A DNA stretch of 64,000 nucleotides from an uncultured Conexibacter sp. (GTDB taxonomy: Bacteria; Actinomycetota; Thermoleophilia; Solirubrobacterales; 70-9): assembly GCA_964641695.1 (NCBI GenBank), contig CAZXKG010000003.1, positions 84 to 64,083 on the forward strand, given 5' to 3'. The translations under genes and the position numbers were made by a program. Below the pieces are notes generated by a model. That model searched no databases and was not told the origin of the DNA. It was given only the letters and a program-made list of their open reading frames with translations. Shown in pieces: positions 17,482-27,873 of the stretch (positions are counted from its first letter, which is position 1; every line of letters begins with the position of its first letter).

Positions 17482-18144
17482 CTAACCTCGCTCCGCCAAG
17501 CGCAACGAGGCTCCTAACAGCCGTACTTCTGGGCGAGGATCGGGACGATCGTTCCAACGGGATCTCTCTGCTTGCAAACGGTGTAGTTCTCCTTGACGAT
17601 GATCCCGAAAGTCGTATCCGTGTTGGATACGTCCGGCTTGAACCCCGCGGACTTCAGAGCCTTCTCGGCTGCCGGGAGCGCGACCCGTGACCTGCGGGAT
17701 CCGGTTGCCCACTCCAACCGACCCACGACTTCGACACACCACGACCGCCTGGCTTGCCGAGCAGTCCGACGGTCGGGATGTCAAGGCCGCTCGAAAAGTG
17801 ACCCCCTGGCGCCGCGTGAAAACTGACCCGCTGTGAGGGTCGCGGCGGGCGTCGCGTAGGGGAGCCCGGAGGGCGAGCCGGAGCGGCGCCCGCCGCGCGC
17901 GGTCATTCGGATGGGGGTGAGCTTCGTGCAGTGGCGAGCCCAAGCACGCATGGGCCGGAACTGCAGCCGTGCTTCGAGGTTGTCGGTGTCCGGGGATAGC
18001 TCACCGTGCTCGATCGACGTTGCCGAGCTCGCGGCTACTGCGGACGCAGTAGCCGCGATTGCCTGCGCAGAGACGACGATAGGCGCAGTTGTGGTGCGGA
18101 TGATGGGGCGTGCACAGCCACCCCCGCCAAGGAGCACCGACGAG

Positions 18145-19089
18145 ATGATCGAAGTCACCAACCTCACGAAACACTACGGCTCGCACGTCGCCGTCGATGA
18201 CCTGAGCTTCACCGTCAGACCCGGTGTGGTCACCGGCTTCCTCGGTCCTAACGGCGCGGGGAAGTCGACGACGATGCGAGTGATCCTTGGGCTTGACAGG
18301 CCTACCGTGGGGCAAGCGCTGGTGAATGGCCGACCGTTCGAGGAGCATCGAGCGCCACTCCGCGAGATCGGGGCGCTGCTCGACGCGAAGGGCATCCACC
18401 CGGGCCGCCCTGCCCGCCATCACCTGTTGGCGCTTGCCGCTACCACAGGCATCTCGAAGCGCCGCGTCGCCGAGGTGCTCGACCTTGTGGGCTTGAGCGA
18501 GGTGGCCGATCGCCGCAGCGGAGGCTTCTCACTCGGCATGGGACAACGCCTCGGCATCGCGTCGGCTCTGCTCGGCGATCCGCACACGGTGATGCTGGAC
18601 GAGCCGGTGAACGGCCTCGATCCGGAGGGAATCCTATGGATCCGCGAGCTGCTCAAGTCGCTGGCAGACGAGGGACGCACGGTTCTCGTGTCTTCGCACC
18701 TGATGAGCGAGATGGCGCTCACGGCCGAGCACTTCATCATCGTCGGTCGGGGACGTTTGATCGCCGATATGTCGGGCTCCGAGCTCACCGCGATGACCGA
18801 GCCTTCCAGCGTCCGTGTCCGGTCGCCGCACGCCAGCCAGCTTCGTGATCTGCTCGCCGGCGACGCGACCGACATCGTGATCCGCGGCCACGACCTGTTC
18901 GACGTCGTCGGTGTGGATGCGGACGAGATCGGTGCTCGAGCGTGGTCGGCGAAATTGCAGCTCCAGGAGCTGACACCCACACAACCCTCGTTGGAGGACA
19001 TCTTCATCGGTCTCACCGAGGACGCCGTGGAGTACCACGGCGCCACCGACCCCACCAACAACACGCACGAACTGGAGAGCTCGCGATGA
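18145..19089 (+). CDS. ABC transporter ATP-binding protein
   Basis: Walker A GPNGAGKST, signature FSLGMGQRL, Walker B VMLDEP. AAGGAG lies 11 nt upstream of ATG 18145. Confidence 0.9.
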   Translation: MIEVTNLTKHYGSHVAVDDLSFTVRPGVVTGFLGPNGAGKSTTMRVILGLDRPTVGQALVNGRPFEEHRAPLREIGALLDAKGIHPGRPARHHLLALAATTGISKRRVAEVLDLVGLSEVADRRSGGFSLGMGQRLGIASALLGDPHTVMLDEPVNGLDPEGILWIRELLKSLADEGRTVLVSSHLMSEMALTAEHFIIVGRGRLIADMSGSELTAMTEPSSVRVRSPHASQLRDLLAGDATDIVIRGHDLFDVVGVDADEIGARAWSAKLQLQELTPTQPSLEDIFIGLTEDAVEYHGATDPTNNTHELESSR

Positions 19090-19922
19090 ACACCACCACA
19101 ACAAGATCGGCTTCACTGGCTGGATCGCCGCCGGCCGACGACGTGTCGGCCCACAACGTCACCCTTCCTCGGGTCATCCGATCGGAGTGGATCAAGCTGC
19201 GATCTGTCCGCTCGACGATCGTCACGCTGGGCCTAACCGCCTGTGCCGTCATTGCCACCGGTGTGTTGGTGTCGATGCTCAGCAATGGCGCCCCCATTGC
19301 TGCCGAGGGCGAGGGGATCTACGACCCCGCAGGCAACAGCTTGTTCGGGGCGACGCTCGCCCAGCTCGTGCTCGGCGTCATGGGCGCGCTGGTCATGACG
19401 TCGGAGTACTCGACGGGTCAGATCCGCACGACGCTCACCGCAGTGCCCCGGCGGCTGCCGGTGTTGTGGGCCAAGGTGATCGTCGTCGCTGCTGCTGCGT
19501 TCGCCACGATGGTGGCGTCGCTGTTGGTGGCGTTCTTCGTCGGACAGGCCGTCTATAGCGGTGGCGGGCCGTCGGCGTCGCTGTCCGACCCGGGAGTGCT
19601 CCGAGCGGTGCTTGCGGCGGCGTTGTTCCCGACCGTGATCGCGGTGATGGGTGTTGGCTTCGGCGCGTTGATGCGGCACACCGCGACAGCGATCGGGATC
19701 CTGGTCGCGATCTTGTTCGTCGTGCCGGTGCTGTTCGAGACGCTGGGCGGGGTGTGGGGCCGTGCCTCCGAGTACCTACCGGGCGAAGCGGGACAGACGA
19801 TGACGACTGTCGTCAGGTACTCGGGCGATATGTCACCGGGCACTGCTCTGCTCGTGCTGATCGGCTGGATCGGGGTTCTGCTCGCCGCAGGCACGATCGC
19901 CCTCAAGCGCCGGGACGCGTGA
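19086..19922 (+). CDS. ABC-2 type transporter permease
   Basis: ATG 19086 overlaps the ATPase stop (ATGA). About six hydrophobic spans. N-terminal IRSEWIKLRSVRST is typical of ABC-2 permeases. Confidence 0.8.
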   Translation: MNTTTTRSASLAGSPPADDVSAHNVTLPRVIRSEWIKLRSVRSTIVTLGLTACAVIATGVLVSMLSNGAPIAAEGEGIYDPAGNSLFGATLAQLVLGVMGALVMTSEYSTGQIRTTLTAVPRRLPVLWAKVIVVAAAAFATMVASLLVAFFVGQAVYSGGGPSASLSDPGVLRAVLAAALFPTVIAVMGVGFGALMRHTATAIGILVAILFVVPVLFETLGGVWGRASEYLPGEAGQTMTTVVRYSGDMSPGTALLVLIGWIGVLLAAGTIALKRRDA

Positions 19923-19940
19923 GAATCGCCGACCTGCGAT

Positions 19941-21188
19941 GTGCTTCCACATCGCACCAACGCACAGGTCGTACGAGTGTCTGCCTTGTCTAACGTCTCG
20001 GGCATCGATCGCTCGTGGCCAGCACTGCGCCCTGTCGTCGCCGATCTGGCGATCGCCGCCACCGTCTGCGCTGGGGGCCTGATCTACGAGGCGGTCGACG
20101 CTGGCGACGTCGGCGCCAGCGTCGATGCGGTCGACTTCGTAACGTGCGCTGGCGCAGCGGCGCTGATCCTGCTGCGCCGGCGTGCCCCGCTAACGGTGTT
20201 GGTGGTCGCTGTGATCGCCGCCGTGTGGTCGCTGATCCCTGACGATGACCCAGGTGTGCTCCGGGTCGCAGCGATCATCGCTCTGTACACCGTGGCGTCG
20301 ACATCGGGCCGCAGGACCGCCTGGACGGCCGGCGCTGCGACGGCAGCCGCGCTGTACGTGACGGCGGCGATCACATCACCGGGCCCGTGGTACGACGGCG
20401 AGAACCTGGAACTGATCGCCTGGGCCGGTGTCGCCACAGCGGCAGGCGACGCCGTGCGCAGCAGGCGGACATACAACCTGGCAAGGCAGGAGAGGGCGAC
20501 AGCCCTTGAAGAGCGCGCCGAACGCGCAGAGCATGCGCTCGAGGAGGAGGCCAGGCGGCAAGTGATCGAGGAACGCATGCGCATCGCTCGCGAGCTGCAC
20601 GACGTCGTGGCTCACCACATCGCCGTGATCAACGTCCAAGCTGGGGTCGCCGCACACCTCCTACGGGACAACCCGACCGGCGCGCAGGAAGCTCTCACGC
20701 AGGTCCGTCGCGGAGCCGCAAGCGTGCTCGACGAGCTGAGCAGCATCCTCAGCGTGATCCGCCAGCCCGACGAAGCGACCTCGACGACAGACCCTCTCCC
20801 CACCCTCGACGACCTGCAACGCCTCATCGCCGACTTCGCCAAGGTCGGCCTCGAGATCGAATGGCACACGGCTGGCGCACGCAGACCGGTGGCGCCGACG
20901 ATCGGCCTCGCCGCCTACCGGATCATCCAGGAATCCCTGACCAACGCCCATCGCTACGGCCGCCATCAACGAGCCACCCTGCGACTCACCTACGAGCGCG
21001 ACACGCTGCGCATCGAGATCCTCAACGACATCGACGCCGACCGACCTGTTGGAACGCGACGAGGACACGGCACCGTCGGCATGCGAGAGAGGGTCGCCGC
21101 CGCCGGAGGCACGATCGAGATCGGGCCAACCGCCGGCGGACAGTTCCGCGTCCATGCCACCCTCCGCACCGAACAGGCCGAACCATGA
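19941..21188 (+). CDS. Sensor histidine kinase (HisKA_3 / NarL-partner type)
   Basis: TM-rich N-terminus. H-box ARELHDVVAHHIAV. HATPase region GHGTVGMRERV. Start codon uncertain. Confidence 0.8.
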   Translation: MLPHRTNAQVVRVSALSNVSGIDRSWPALRPVVADLAIAATVCAGGLIYEAVDAGDVGASVDAVDFVTCAGAAALILLRRRAPLTVLVVAVIAAVWSLIPDDDPGVLRVAAIIALYTVASTSGRRTAWTAGAATAAALYVTAAITSPGPWYDGENLELIAWAGVATAAGDAVRSRRTYNLARQERATALEERAERAEHALEEEARRQVIEERMRIARELHDVVAHHIAVINVQAGVAAHLLRDNPTGAQEALTQVRRGAASVLDELSSILSVIRQPDEATSTTDPLPTLDDLQRLIADFAKVGLEIEWHTAGARRPVAPTIGLAAYRIIQESLTNAHRYGRHQRATLRLTYERDTLRIEILNDIDADRPVGTRRGHGTVGMRERVAAAGGTIEIGPTAGGQFRVHATLRTEQAEP

Positions 21189-21856
21189 TCCGTGTGCTGC
21201 TCGCCGACGACCAAGCGCTCATTCGTGCGGGTTTCAAGGCCCTGATCGACTCCGCCCCCGATCTCACCGTCGTCGCCGAAGCGGCGACCGGCGCCGAAGC
21301 CGTGACGCAAGCCCGGTCGAGCCGCGCTGACATCGTGCTGATGGACATCCGCATGCCCGACATGGACGGTATCGAAGCGACACGAGCGCTCACGACAGAC
21401 GACGACATGGCCGGAGTCCGTGTCGTCATCCTCACCACCTTCGAGATCGACAACCTCGTGATTCGCGCCGTCCAGGCCGGAGCCAGCGGGTTCCTCGGCA
21501 AAGGCGTCGACCCCGCTGAACTCCTCGACGCGATCCGCATCGTCGCCTCCGGTGAGGCACTGCTCTCCCCGCGAGCGACGAGCGGTCTCCTGGCCCAGCT
21601 CCGCCACCACGAGCGGCCCCTTCCGACTACCGAATCCGAACGATTCAACGACCTCACCGCACGCGAGCGCGAGCTCACGACGCTCGTTGCCACTGGACTC
21701 AGCAACGACGACATCGCCGAACGCCTCCACCTCTCACCTCTCACCGTCAAGACCCACGTCAACCGCGCCATGATGAAGCTCGGGGCGCGCGACCGCGCCC
21801 AACTTGTGGTCCTCGCCTACGAAGGTGGGCTCATCCAGCCCGGCCGGCGCCCCTGA
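21185..21856 (+). CDS. Response regulator, LuxR/NarL family
   Basis: Receiver MIRVLLADDQALIRAG...VLMDIRMPDMDG. LuxR HTH LTARERELTTLVATGLSNDDIAERLHLSPLTVKTHV. ATGA overlap with the kinase stop. Confidence 0.9.
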   Translation: MIRVLLADDQALIRAGFKALIDSAPDLTVVAEAATGAEAVTQARSSRADIVLMDIRMPDMDGIEATRALTTDDDMAGVRVVILTTFEIDNLVIRAVQAGASGFLGKGVDPAELLDAIRIVASGEALLSPRATSGLLAQLRHHERPLPTTESERFNDLTARERELTTLVATGLSNDDIAERLHLSPLTVKTHVNRAMMKLGARDRAQLVVLAYEGGLIQPGRRP

Positions 21857-22140
21857 CCCGCGGTAACTGACAACCGGCGAGACGCCCCGGAGTTTCGTGG
21901 CGCCGCCAAGCCGCGTCGACGGGCCCCCCCCGGACGGTGGGCGGGCCATGCTTCGTCGTACCCACACCTGCTCTGGACACCCGTTGGCCTGTTGGCCGTC
22001 GAAGTCGAGCGTCGAACCTGGGTGGTGCCCACCACCCTCGCCCCTCTGGTTGCCCGCCGGAGCTCACTACACCGTCGCCGACAACTCGGGTAGAGCTCAC
22101 CGTGGCGCCATCGCTCTCAAGCAGCCGATCCTGAACCCCT

Positions 22141-22372
22141 CCCCAGATCCCCGGCTTGCCGACCTCACGCCACGCGAGCTCGAGGTGTTCCTGCTCATCG
22201 CCCAAGGGCACTCCAACCGCGAGATCTCCGCCGCGCTGACCGTCGAGGAGACGACGGTCAAGAACCATGTCCGCAACGTGCTGACGAGCTCGGCGCACGC
22301 GACCGAATCCATGCCGTGATCCTCGTGTACGAATGCGGCGCGGTCTCCCCCGGCATGCGGACGGCGCCGTGA
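22141..22372 (+). pseudogene. LuxR-type HTH domain remnant, 5'-truncated and frameshifted
   Basis: LTPRELEVFLLIAQGHSNREISAALTVEETTVKNHVRNVL is followed in a different frame by ELGARDRIHAVILVYECG...* (stop 22370-22372). No receiver domain upstream. Confidence 0.6.
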
Positions 22373-22560
22373 CCTGACGGGTGCCTCGGACCGCGGCGAT
22401 AATCCATCTCGATCCAAACGCGACCGCTGACGTGCGACCGTCCGTGGCGTCACGCTTTCAGTTGGTCAGCTCCGCCAGCGACGTGCGAACCCGTCGCGGC
22501 CTGCCCCCGGAGACGAAATTTGGAGACAAACTGCCGCGTCGCCTCTCCCCCGAAAGCGAG

Positions 22561-22588
22561 AAAAGACCTGCTTTTGCAGGTCTTTTCT
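22561..22588. terminator. Bidirectional intrinsic-terminator-like hairpin
   Basis: GAAAAGACCTGC-TTTT-GCAGGTCTTTTC. GC stem flanked by A-run and T-run, so a U-tail follows the stem on either strand. Confidence 0.6.
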
Positions 22589-22590
22589 GT

Positions 22591-22632
22591 ACGCGCCCGA
22601 CTGGATTCGAACCAGTGACCTTCGGTTTCGTC
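22591..22632. repeat. 42-bp direct repeat identical to the 3' part of tRNA-Arg (att-like scar)
   Basis: TACGCGCCCGACTGGATTCGAACCAGTGACCTTCGGTTTCGT is identical to 23753..23794. That span covers the tRNA from the anticodon ACG through the 3' end, plus 2 nt. Confidence 0.8.
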
Positions 22633-22813
22633 GGCTGACGTCACCGATTTGGGTCGGTTTCTATCTCCCGAGTCCGCGCATCTGCCTTGAAATGGGGGAG
22701 GTTGTCTGGATCCCTAGTGTCGGCTACTGCAGTTTCGCCGACGATTCCGGCGACAGGTAAGGTCGAGCGACCCCTGTCCTTGACAGGAAGAAACGAGGCC
22801 ATATTCTTTACTC

Positions 22814-23068
22814 ATGGCCTTGAACATCAAAGATCCCAGAACGGATCGCCTGGCGCGGGAGTTGGCTGATCTGACCGGCGAGAGCATCACGGTCGCGATC
22901 GGCAACGCGCTTCAGGATCGACTCGAGCGGCTGAGCGGCAGGGTTCCCAGCGAGCAGAGGGCCGAGGAGATGCGACGTATCGCCGCCGAGGCTGCTGCGC
23001 TTCCCGTGCTCGACGATCGCAGCGAGGACGAGATCCTCGGCTACGACGAAGTCGGGCTTCCGCGCTGA
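22814..23068 (+). CDS. vapB: Type II antitoxin, VapB family (Rv0623-like)
   Basis: MALNIKDPRTDRLARELADLTGESITVAIGNALQDRLERL matches the VapB/PSK-type antitoxin N-terminus. Stop overlaps the PIN gene start (TGATG). Confidence 0.8.
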   Translation: MALNIKDPRTDRLARELADLTGESITVAIGNALQDRLERLSGRVPSEQRAEEMRRIAAEAAALPVLDDRSEDEILGYDEVGLPR

Positions 23069-23457
23069 TGGTAATCGACACCTCGGCCCTGGTGGCGATC
23101 CTCTGGGAGGAGCCTGAGAAGGACGCCTTCATCGAGGCGATCTCGGGTGCCCCTGACCCGACCATATCGGCCGCGACCCTGCTCGAAGCGCGGATCGTCG
23201 TCGAGGCAAGGGCCGGCGTTGAAGGGACGGAGCGCTTGGAACAGCTTCTCGAGGCCGGCGGTGTCCGGGTCGTCGCCTTCTCCGCCGCGCAGTCAGATGC
23301 GGCGCATCAGGCGTGGAGGGAGTTCGGACGAGGAAACAGCCCGGCCAGGCTCAATTTCGGGGACTGCTTCAGCTACGCGCTGGCGAGGGAGATGGGTAGG
23401 TCGCTTCTGTTCAAGGGGGATGACTTCGCGAGGACGGACGTCAAGTCGCCGGTGTGA
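23068..23457 (+). CDS. vapC: PIN-domain toxin VapC
   Basis: MVIDTSALVAIL (first acidic PIN residue), ...LNFGDCFSYALA (conserved D), C-terminal LLFKGDDF. Confidence 0.85.
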   Translation: MVIDTSALVAILWEEPEKDAFIEAISGAPDPTISAATLLEARIVVEARAGVEGTERLEQLLEAGGVRVVAFSAAQSDAAHQAWREFGRGNSPARLNFGDCFSYALAREMGRSLLFKGDDFARTDVKSPV

Positions 23458-23645
23458 GGACTAAATGGGATCCTCGACCCTTCCCTGGCACGAGGAGAGC
23501 CACCCAGCGACGGTCCGCTCTATATGCCTGCCCCCAGCTCAGATCCCTGAGCCGCGATCGCTGACCTGAGTCGATAGGAACCAGAGCCCCGACCATCACG
23601 GAGCAGCTTCCACGCACGAAATCGCAAAGACATCTCTTGCGATAG

Positions 23646-23864
<219 letters not shown>

Positions 23865-23951
23865 TAGAGATCGGTCGGCGACGAGCGTCAGCGCGGTTGC
23901 GGCGGCGTGCGGGAGCGGCCAACGCCGGCACGTCGATAGATTCGCAAACGC

Positions 23952-24896
23952 ATGGTTCGTATTCCCGAAGGAGTCACGGTCGGGCACTGGACAGATCGAG
24001 AGGGCTGGACGGGATGCACGGCGATCATCGGTCCCGCGGGCTGCGTCAGCGCCGGGGAGATCCGGGGTGGCGGGCCGGGCACGCGCGAGTTCGACCTGCT
24101 CTCCCCCGCCACCTCCACCCCGGGCGCGCAGGCGATCGTGCTCGCCGGGGGCAGCGCCTTCGGACTGGCCGCCGCCGAGGGCGTCGTGGCCTGGATGAAG
24201 GACAACGGACTCGGCTTCGAGGCCCCGAACGCGACGATCCCGCTCGTCGCCGGAGCCGTCGTCTACGACCTCCTGCTCGGCGATCCCGGCGCTCACCCTG
24301 ATGCCGCCGCCGGCTACGCCGCTTGCGAGGCGGCCACCTCCGACTTCGAACGCGGCAGCGTCGGAGCTGGCACCGGATGCACCGCCGGCAAGCTGCTCGG
24401 GCCGGATGCCTGGACCAAGTCAGGGCTCGGCGCGGCCTCCGAGTACGCCGGCGACGCGCTCGTCACGGCGATCGCGGTCGCCAACCCGGTCGGGGACGTG
24501 ATCGGCCCCGACGGCGAGGTGATGGCCGGCGTCTGGCAGGACGGCGGCTGGCGGCGAACGGTGGACATCGTCCGCGCAGGGGAGAGCCATCTGCTGGCGG
24601 AGCGTGAGGCGACCACGCTCATCTGCCTGCTGACCGACGCCCAGCTCACGAAGACGGAGGCCTGGAAGATCGCCCGCGCCGGCACGGCCGGGCTCGCCCG
24701 GGCGATCGCCCCGTGCGCGACGGCCCTCGACGGCGATCTGGTGACCTGCCTCGGCACGAACCGGGTACCAGCCGACCCGTTCGCACTGGAGGTGATCGCC
24801 GCCGAAGTCATCGCCGCCGCGATCCGCGACGCCGTCGACCACGCGACGGCGGCGCCGGGCTGTCCGACGCGCGCCGAACGCCTGACGCCGGACTGA
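23952..24896 (+). CDS. P1/S58-family peptidase (DmpA-like aminopeptidase)
   Basis: N-terminal GVTVGHWTDREGWTGCTAIIGPAG...GGGPGTREFDLL...AIVLAGGSAFGLAAA pattern typical of DmpA/S58 Ntn hydrolases. Confidence 0.8.
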   Translation: MVRIPEGVTVGHWTDREGWTGCTAIIGPAGCVSAGEIRGGGPGTREFDLLSPATSTPGAQAIVLAGGSAFGLAAAEGVVAWMKDNGLGFEAPNATIPLVAGAVVYDLLLGDPGAHPDAAAGYAACEAATSDFERGSVGAGTGCTAGKLLGPDAWTKSGLGAASEYAGDALVTAIAVANPVGDVIGPDGEVMAGVWQDGGWRRTVDIVRAGESHLLAEREATTLICLLTDAQLTKTEAWKIARAGTAGLARAIAPCATALDGDLVTCLGTNRVPADPFALEVIAAEVIAAAIRDAVDHATAAPGCPTRAERLTPD

Positions 24897-24982
24897 TCCC
24901 GCCGAAGCCGGCCAAGCCGCTGATCCCGCCGAAGTCGCCAGGCGTCGTGGACCCTCCGAGCCCCCGACCGACCGACCTCCCC

Positions 24983-27211
24983 TCAGAAGCTCCCGCAGAC
25001 CTTGCGCTCGGGATCGATCAGCGCACCCTCGCGGGAACGCTCCCAGAGCGGATCGAGATAGCTGCCCCGCATGGCCTTCGCAGCCCCTTCGTCCTCGACC
25101 AGCAGTCCCAGCTCCTGCAACCGCGCCGGGTAGAGGTTCTCCGAGCCGACGTAGAAAGCCGCGCCGTCCACCCAGACCACCTTCGCATGGTTCGCGAACG
25201 GGCTGCCGTTGGGCCAGCTCCCCGCATCGAGCGTGCGAACGCCGGCGAGACCGACACCGTCGCAGACGAGCTGACGAGCGTTGGCCTTCGGCTTCAACTT
25301 CGCCACGACCTGCTTCAGCGCCGTCGCGATATCGGTCAGCTTCCAGCCGTTCGAGTAGTCGGCTCCGGCCGCCTTCGCCCCCTCCGCGGAGACGACGATC
25401 GTGACCGGCACATCGTCCACGATCTTCTGGCCGAGCGCGGCGAACACCCGATCGTCGAAGTAGGCCTCGACGTTGTAGACGCATCCGAGCAGATCCTGCT
25501 GGGAGATGAAGACCGAGCTCTCGGCGCTGCCGATCAACGCCCGAAGCCCGCCCTCGCCCGGGTTCCTGTACTCGTACTCGCGGTTCGTGTTGGTGTCGGA
25601 GACCTGGCGCTGGAAGGAGGTGCAGGCACTTCCTTCCACCGGCGGCGTCGGGATCGGCGGCGACTTGCGTCCCGCCTCGCCGGGAACGTCGATGCCGTTG
25701 CCAAGACGCCCCAGGGTCAACACCGGCACCTCGCCGTCGGCCAGCCCCTTGATGGTGCTCGCCTTCTTGATGCAGCCGTCGACGTTGCTCGTCTTCAAGC
25801 TGACGTAGGTGGAGCTGCCGCGGTTGCTGCAGATCCAGCCCCAGAGCACGTCCTCGAACGCGACCGCGTCGGCGGCCGCCGACCCGTCGAGCGTGATCGA
25901 CACGTCGTTGACCGGGTCGGTGACCTGCAGGTAGTCGTTCGCCCAGTAGTTCATCCCGCCGACGATCGCGCTGCGCCCGTCGACGGCGAGCACCTTGGAG
26001 TGGTTCCACGAGGTCGCGACCGGGGGGACGATCTGCCGGTAGGTCGACATCGCCGCCGCCTGAACCGACAGACCCCCGCCGACGTCGGCGACCAGCGCGT
26101 CGAACCAGCTCTTGAACTGCGAGTCGCTGAACTGGGTCGGCGGGGTGCCGAGGATCACCCGCACCGTCGGCTTCTTGCCGGCTTCCACCGCCTGCTTCAG
26201 CCCGTCGACGATCGCCTGGCGGAACTGACCGTCAGGCGGCGGCCACAGGCCAGAGAGCTCGACGCTGCGCTTGGCGCCGGCCAACATCGAGGTGATCCGC
26301 GAGGTGATCGGCACCGCGGACGGGGGTAGTGGGCCCACTCCACAACCCGTCGCCGCCCAGCAGCTCGGGGTCTGCAGCAGCCAGCTCGACGGCAGGGTGT
26401 TGTCGGCTGAGACCCCCCAGACCTTGCCCTCTGTCCCCGGATTGCGCTCGCGCAGCGCCGCGGCGACGGCGTCGATGTGCGGAGTCGTCGACACCAGCCG
26501 CACGACCACGACGTCGGACCCGGTGCTGCCGTCACGAGCCTCCACGGTCAAGCGGATCCGGTAGGTGCCCGCGATCTCGGACGCGAACAGCGGACGCGCC
26601 GAGCGCTCGCCCTCGAGGACATCGCGCCGTCGCACACCCTCCGGCGCGGAGAGCACCTTCCAGCGATGGTCCAGCTCATCATCGTCACGCCGATCCGAGC
26701 CCCGCGACCTCCCCTCGAGATGAGAGACCGAGCGCAACCCGTTCAACCGGAGTCGATCCCCGGCCTCGATCTGCCGATCCTTGCCGGCGGCGGCCAACGG
26801 CCGCTGGGAGCCGATGGTGAACCGCACCGTGTGCGCGCGCTTCTTGCCGCCCATCTCGAGCGTCTTGACCGTGAGGCTGTTGCGGCCGTGGCTCAAACCG
26901 TGAGTCGGCGAGACCCGAAGCCTGCGAAGCGACCCCTTGCGGCCGCGCAGGTGTCGCTTCACCTCGACCCCGTTCAGCCGGACGGCCAAGAGCTTCGCGG
27001 GTGGCCGTTGGCGGACCTCGATCGTCAGCGGCCTGGCAGGGAGCCTCGCACCGGACTCCGGAGCGACGATCGGCCCGCCGCTTGCGGCCCTCGCCGCGGG
27101 TTCCCCGATGCCGCCCGACAACCCGCCCGAGAGCACGAGCGCGGCGGCTGCTGCCAGCGCCACCGCCATCCGCGGTCCCGCCTTCTTCGCCAGCTTCTGT
27201 CGCCCCTTCAC
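24983..27211 (-). CDS. Secreted phospholipase D-family enzyme with N-terminal Ig/PKD-like module
   Basis: Two HKD motifs: WNHSKVLAVDGRSAIVGGMNY and ANHAKVVWVDGAAFYVGSENL. Signal MAVALAAAAALVLSG. Start at GTG 27211 (or ATG 27169). The 980-aa track ORF extension overlaps the next real gene. Confidence 0.85.
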   Translation of the reverse strand: MKGRQKLAKKAGPRMAVALAAAAALVLSGGLSGGIGEPAARAASGGPIVAPESGARLPARPLTIEVRQRPPAKLLAVRLNGVEVKRHLRGRKGSLRRLRVSPTHGLSHGRNSLTVKTLEMGGKKRAHTVRFTIGSQRPLAAAGKDRQIEAGDRLRLNGLRSVSHLEGRSRGSDRRDDDELDHRWKVLSAPEGVRRRDVLEGERSARPLFASEIAGTYRIRLTVEARDGSTGSDVVVVRLVSTTPHIDAVAAALRERNPGTEGKVWGVSADNTLPSSWLLQTPSCWAATGCGVGPLPPSAVPITSRITSMLAGAKRSVELSGLWPPPDGQFRQAIVDGLKQAVEAGKKPTVRVILGTPPTQFSDSQFKSWFDALVADVGGGLSVQAAAMSTYRQIVPPVATSWNHSKVLAVDGRSAIVGGMNYWANDYLQVTDPVNDVSITLDGSAAADAVAFEDVLWGWICSNRGSSTYVSLKTSNVDGCIKKASTIKGLADGEVPVLTLGRLGNGIDVPGEAGRKSPPIPTPPVEGSACTSFQRQVSDTNTNREYEYRNPGEGGLRALIGSAESSVFISQQDLLGCVYNVEAYFDDRVFAALGQKIVDDVPVTIVVSAEGAKAAGADYSNGWKLTDIATALKQVVAKLKPKANARQLVCDGVGLAGVRTLDAGSWPNGSPFANHAKVVWVDGAAFYVGSENLYPARLQELGLLVEDEGAAKAMRGSYLDPLWERSREGALIDPERKVCGSF

Positions 27212-27381
27212 CCTCAGGATCGTCCCTCTCTCCCATGCCGTTCCCGCATCCAGTCGAGATCGGCTGAATATACCTTCGGGTCCGGCGCGAGCGGCCACCG
27301 GCATCGACGTGTTTCCGGCCGGCCCCGGGATCGACCTTCGGGACGGGAAACGCCCCACTGAGGTGGACGGGCCGGCCCGAT

Positions 27382-27873
27382 TCAGTGCGAGAAGGCGAGC
27401 TTCACGAGCACGATCAAGCCACCGAGCGCGGCGAAGGCGACGCCGATCGCGAGACTGCGGTAGATCGAGAACCCGGCAATCCGATTGGCCATGAACGCGT
27501 AGACGCCGACGACGGCGATACCGGTCCAGATCGCCGCGTTGAACGCGGCCTCCAACTCGATCCAGCCGAATCCCGCGAGGAGGAAGAAGACCGCGGGCAG
27601 CAACGCGGCAACGAGCCCGGCCCAGGCGTTCCGCAGTTGCTCGAGGTTCTCCCTCGCCGTCGGGTAACGCCCGGCGCCGATCGTCCCGGAGAGGTAGTCG
27701 GCGTAGATCTCGGCGATCACCGTCGCGATAGCAGCCGCGATCACGGACGCGATGACCTCGCGCGGACTCACCGCGGTTCCGTCCAGCGCGACGATGATCG
27801 CGAGCACGATCACCGAGCCGTACACAGCATGGCGGGCCCGCTCGGCCAGCCGTTCCCGATTCTCGCTTCGCAT
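27382..27873 (-). CDS. Integral membrane protein (4-5 TMS), unknown function
   Basis: 163-aa ORF with alternating hydrophobic spans (VIVLAIIVAL, VIAAAIATVIAEIY, LVAALLPAVFFLLAGFGW, IAVVGVYAFMA, IGVAFAALGGLIVLV). Divergent from the holin-like gene. Confidence 0.65.
   Translation of the reverse strand: MRSENRERLAERARHAVYGSVIVLAIIVALDGTAVSPREVIASVIAAAIATVIAEIYADYLSGTIGAGRYPTARENLEQLRNAWAGLVAALLPAVFFLLAGFGWIELEAAFNAAIWTGIAVVGVYAFMANRIAGFSIYRSLAIGVAFAALGGLIVLVKLAFSH

Noticed and set aside
17514-17726. 70-aa ORF with PASTA-like sequence as an intact gene
   Set aside because: It has no credible start or SD, and its N-terminal part looks non-coding. I treat it as a possible fragment only (see the finding on the fragment cluster).
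24420-26329. 529-aa and 538-aa ORFs overlapping the S58 peptidase and PLD genes
   Set aside because: Arg/Gly/Asp-rich shadow frames. The PLD frame carries two HKD motifs.
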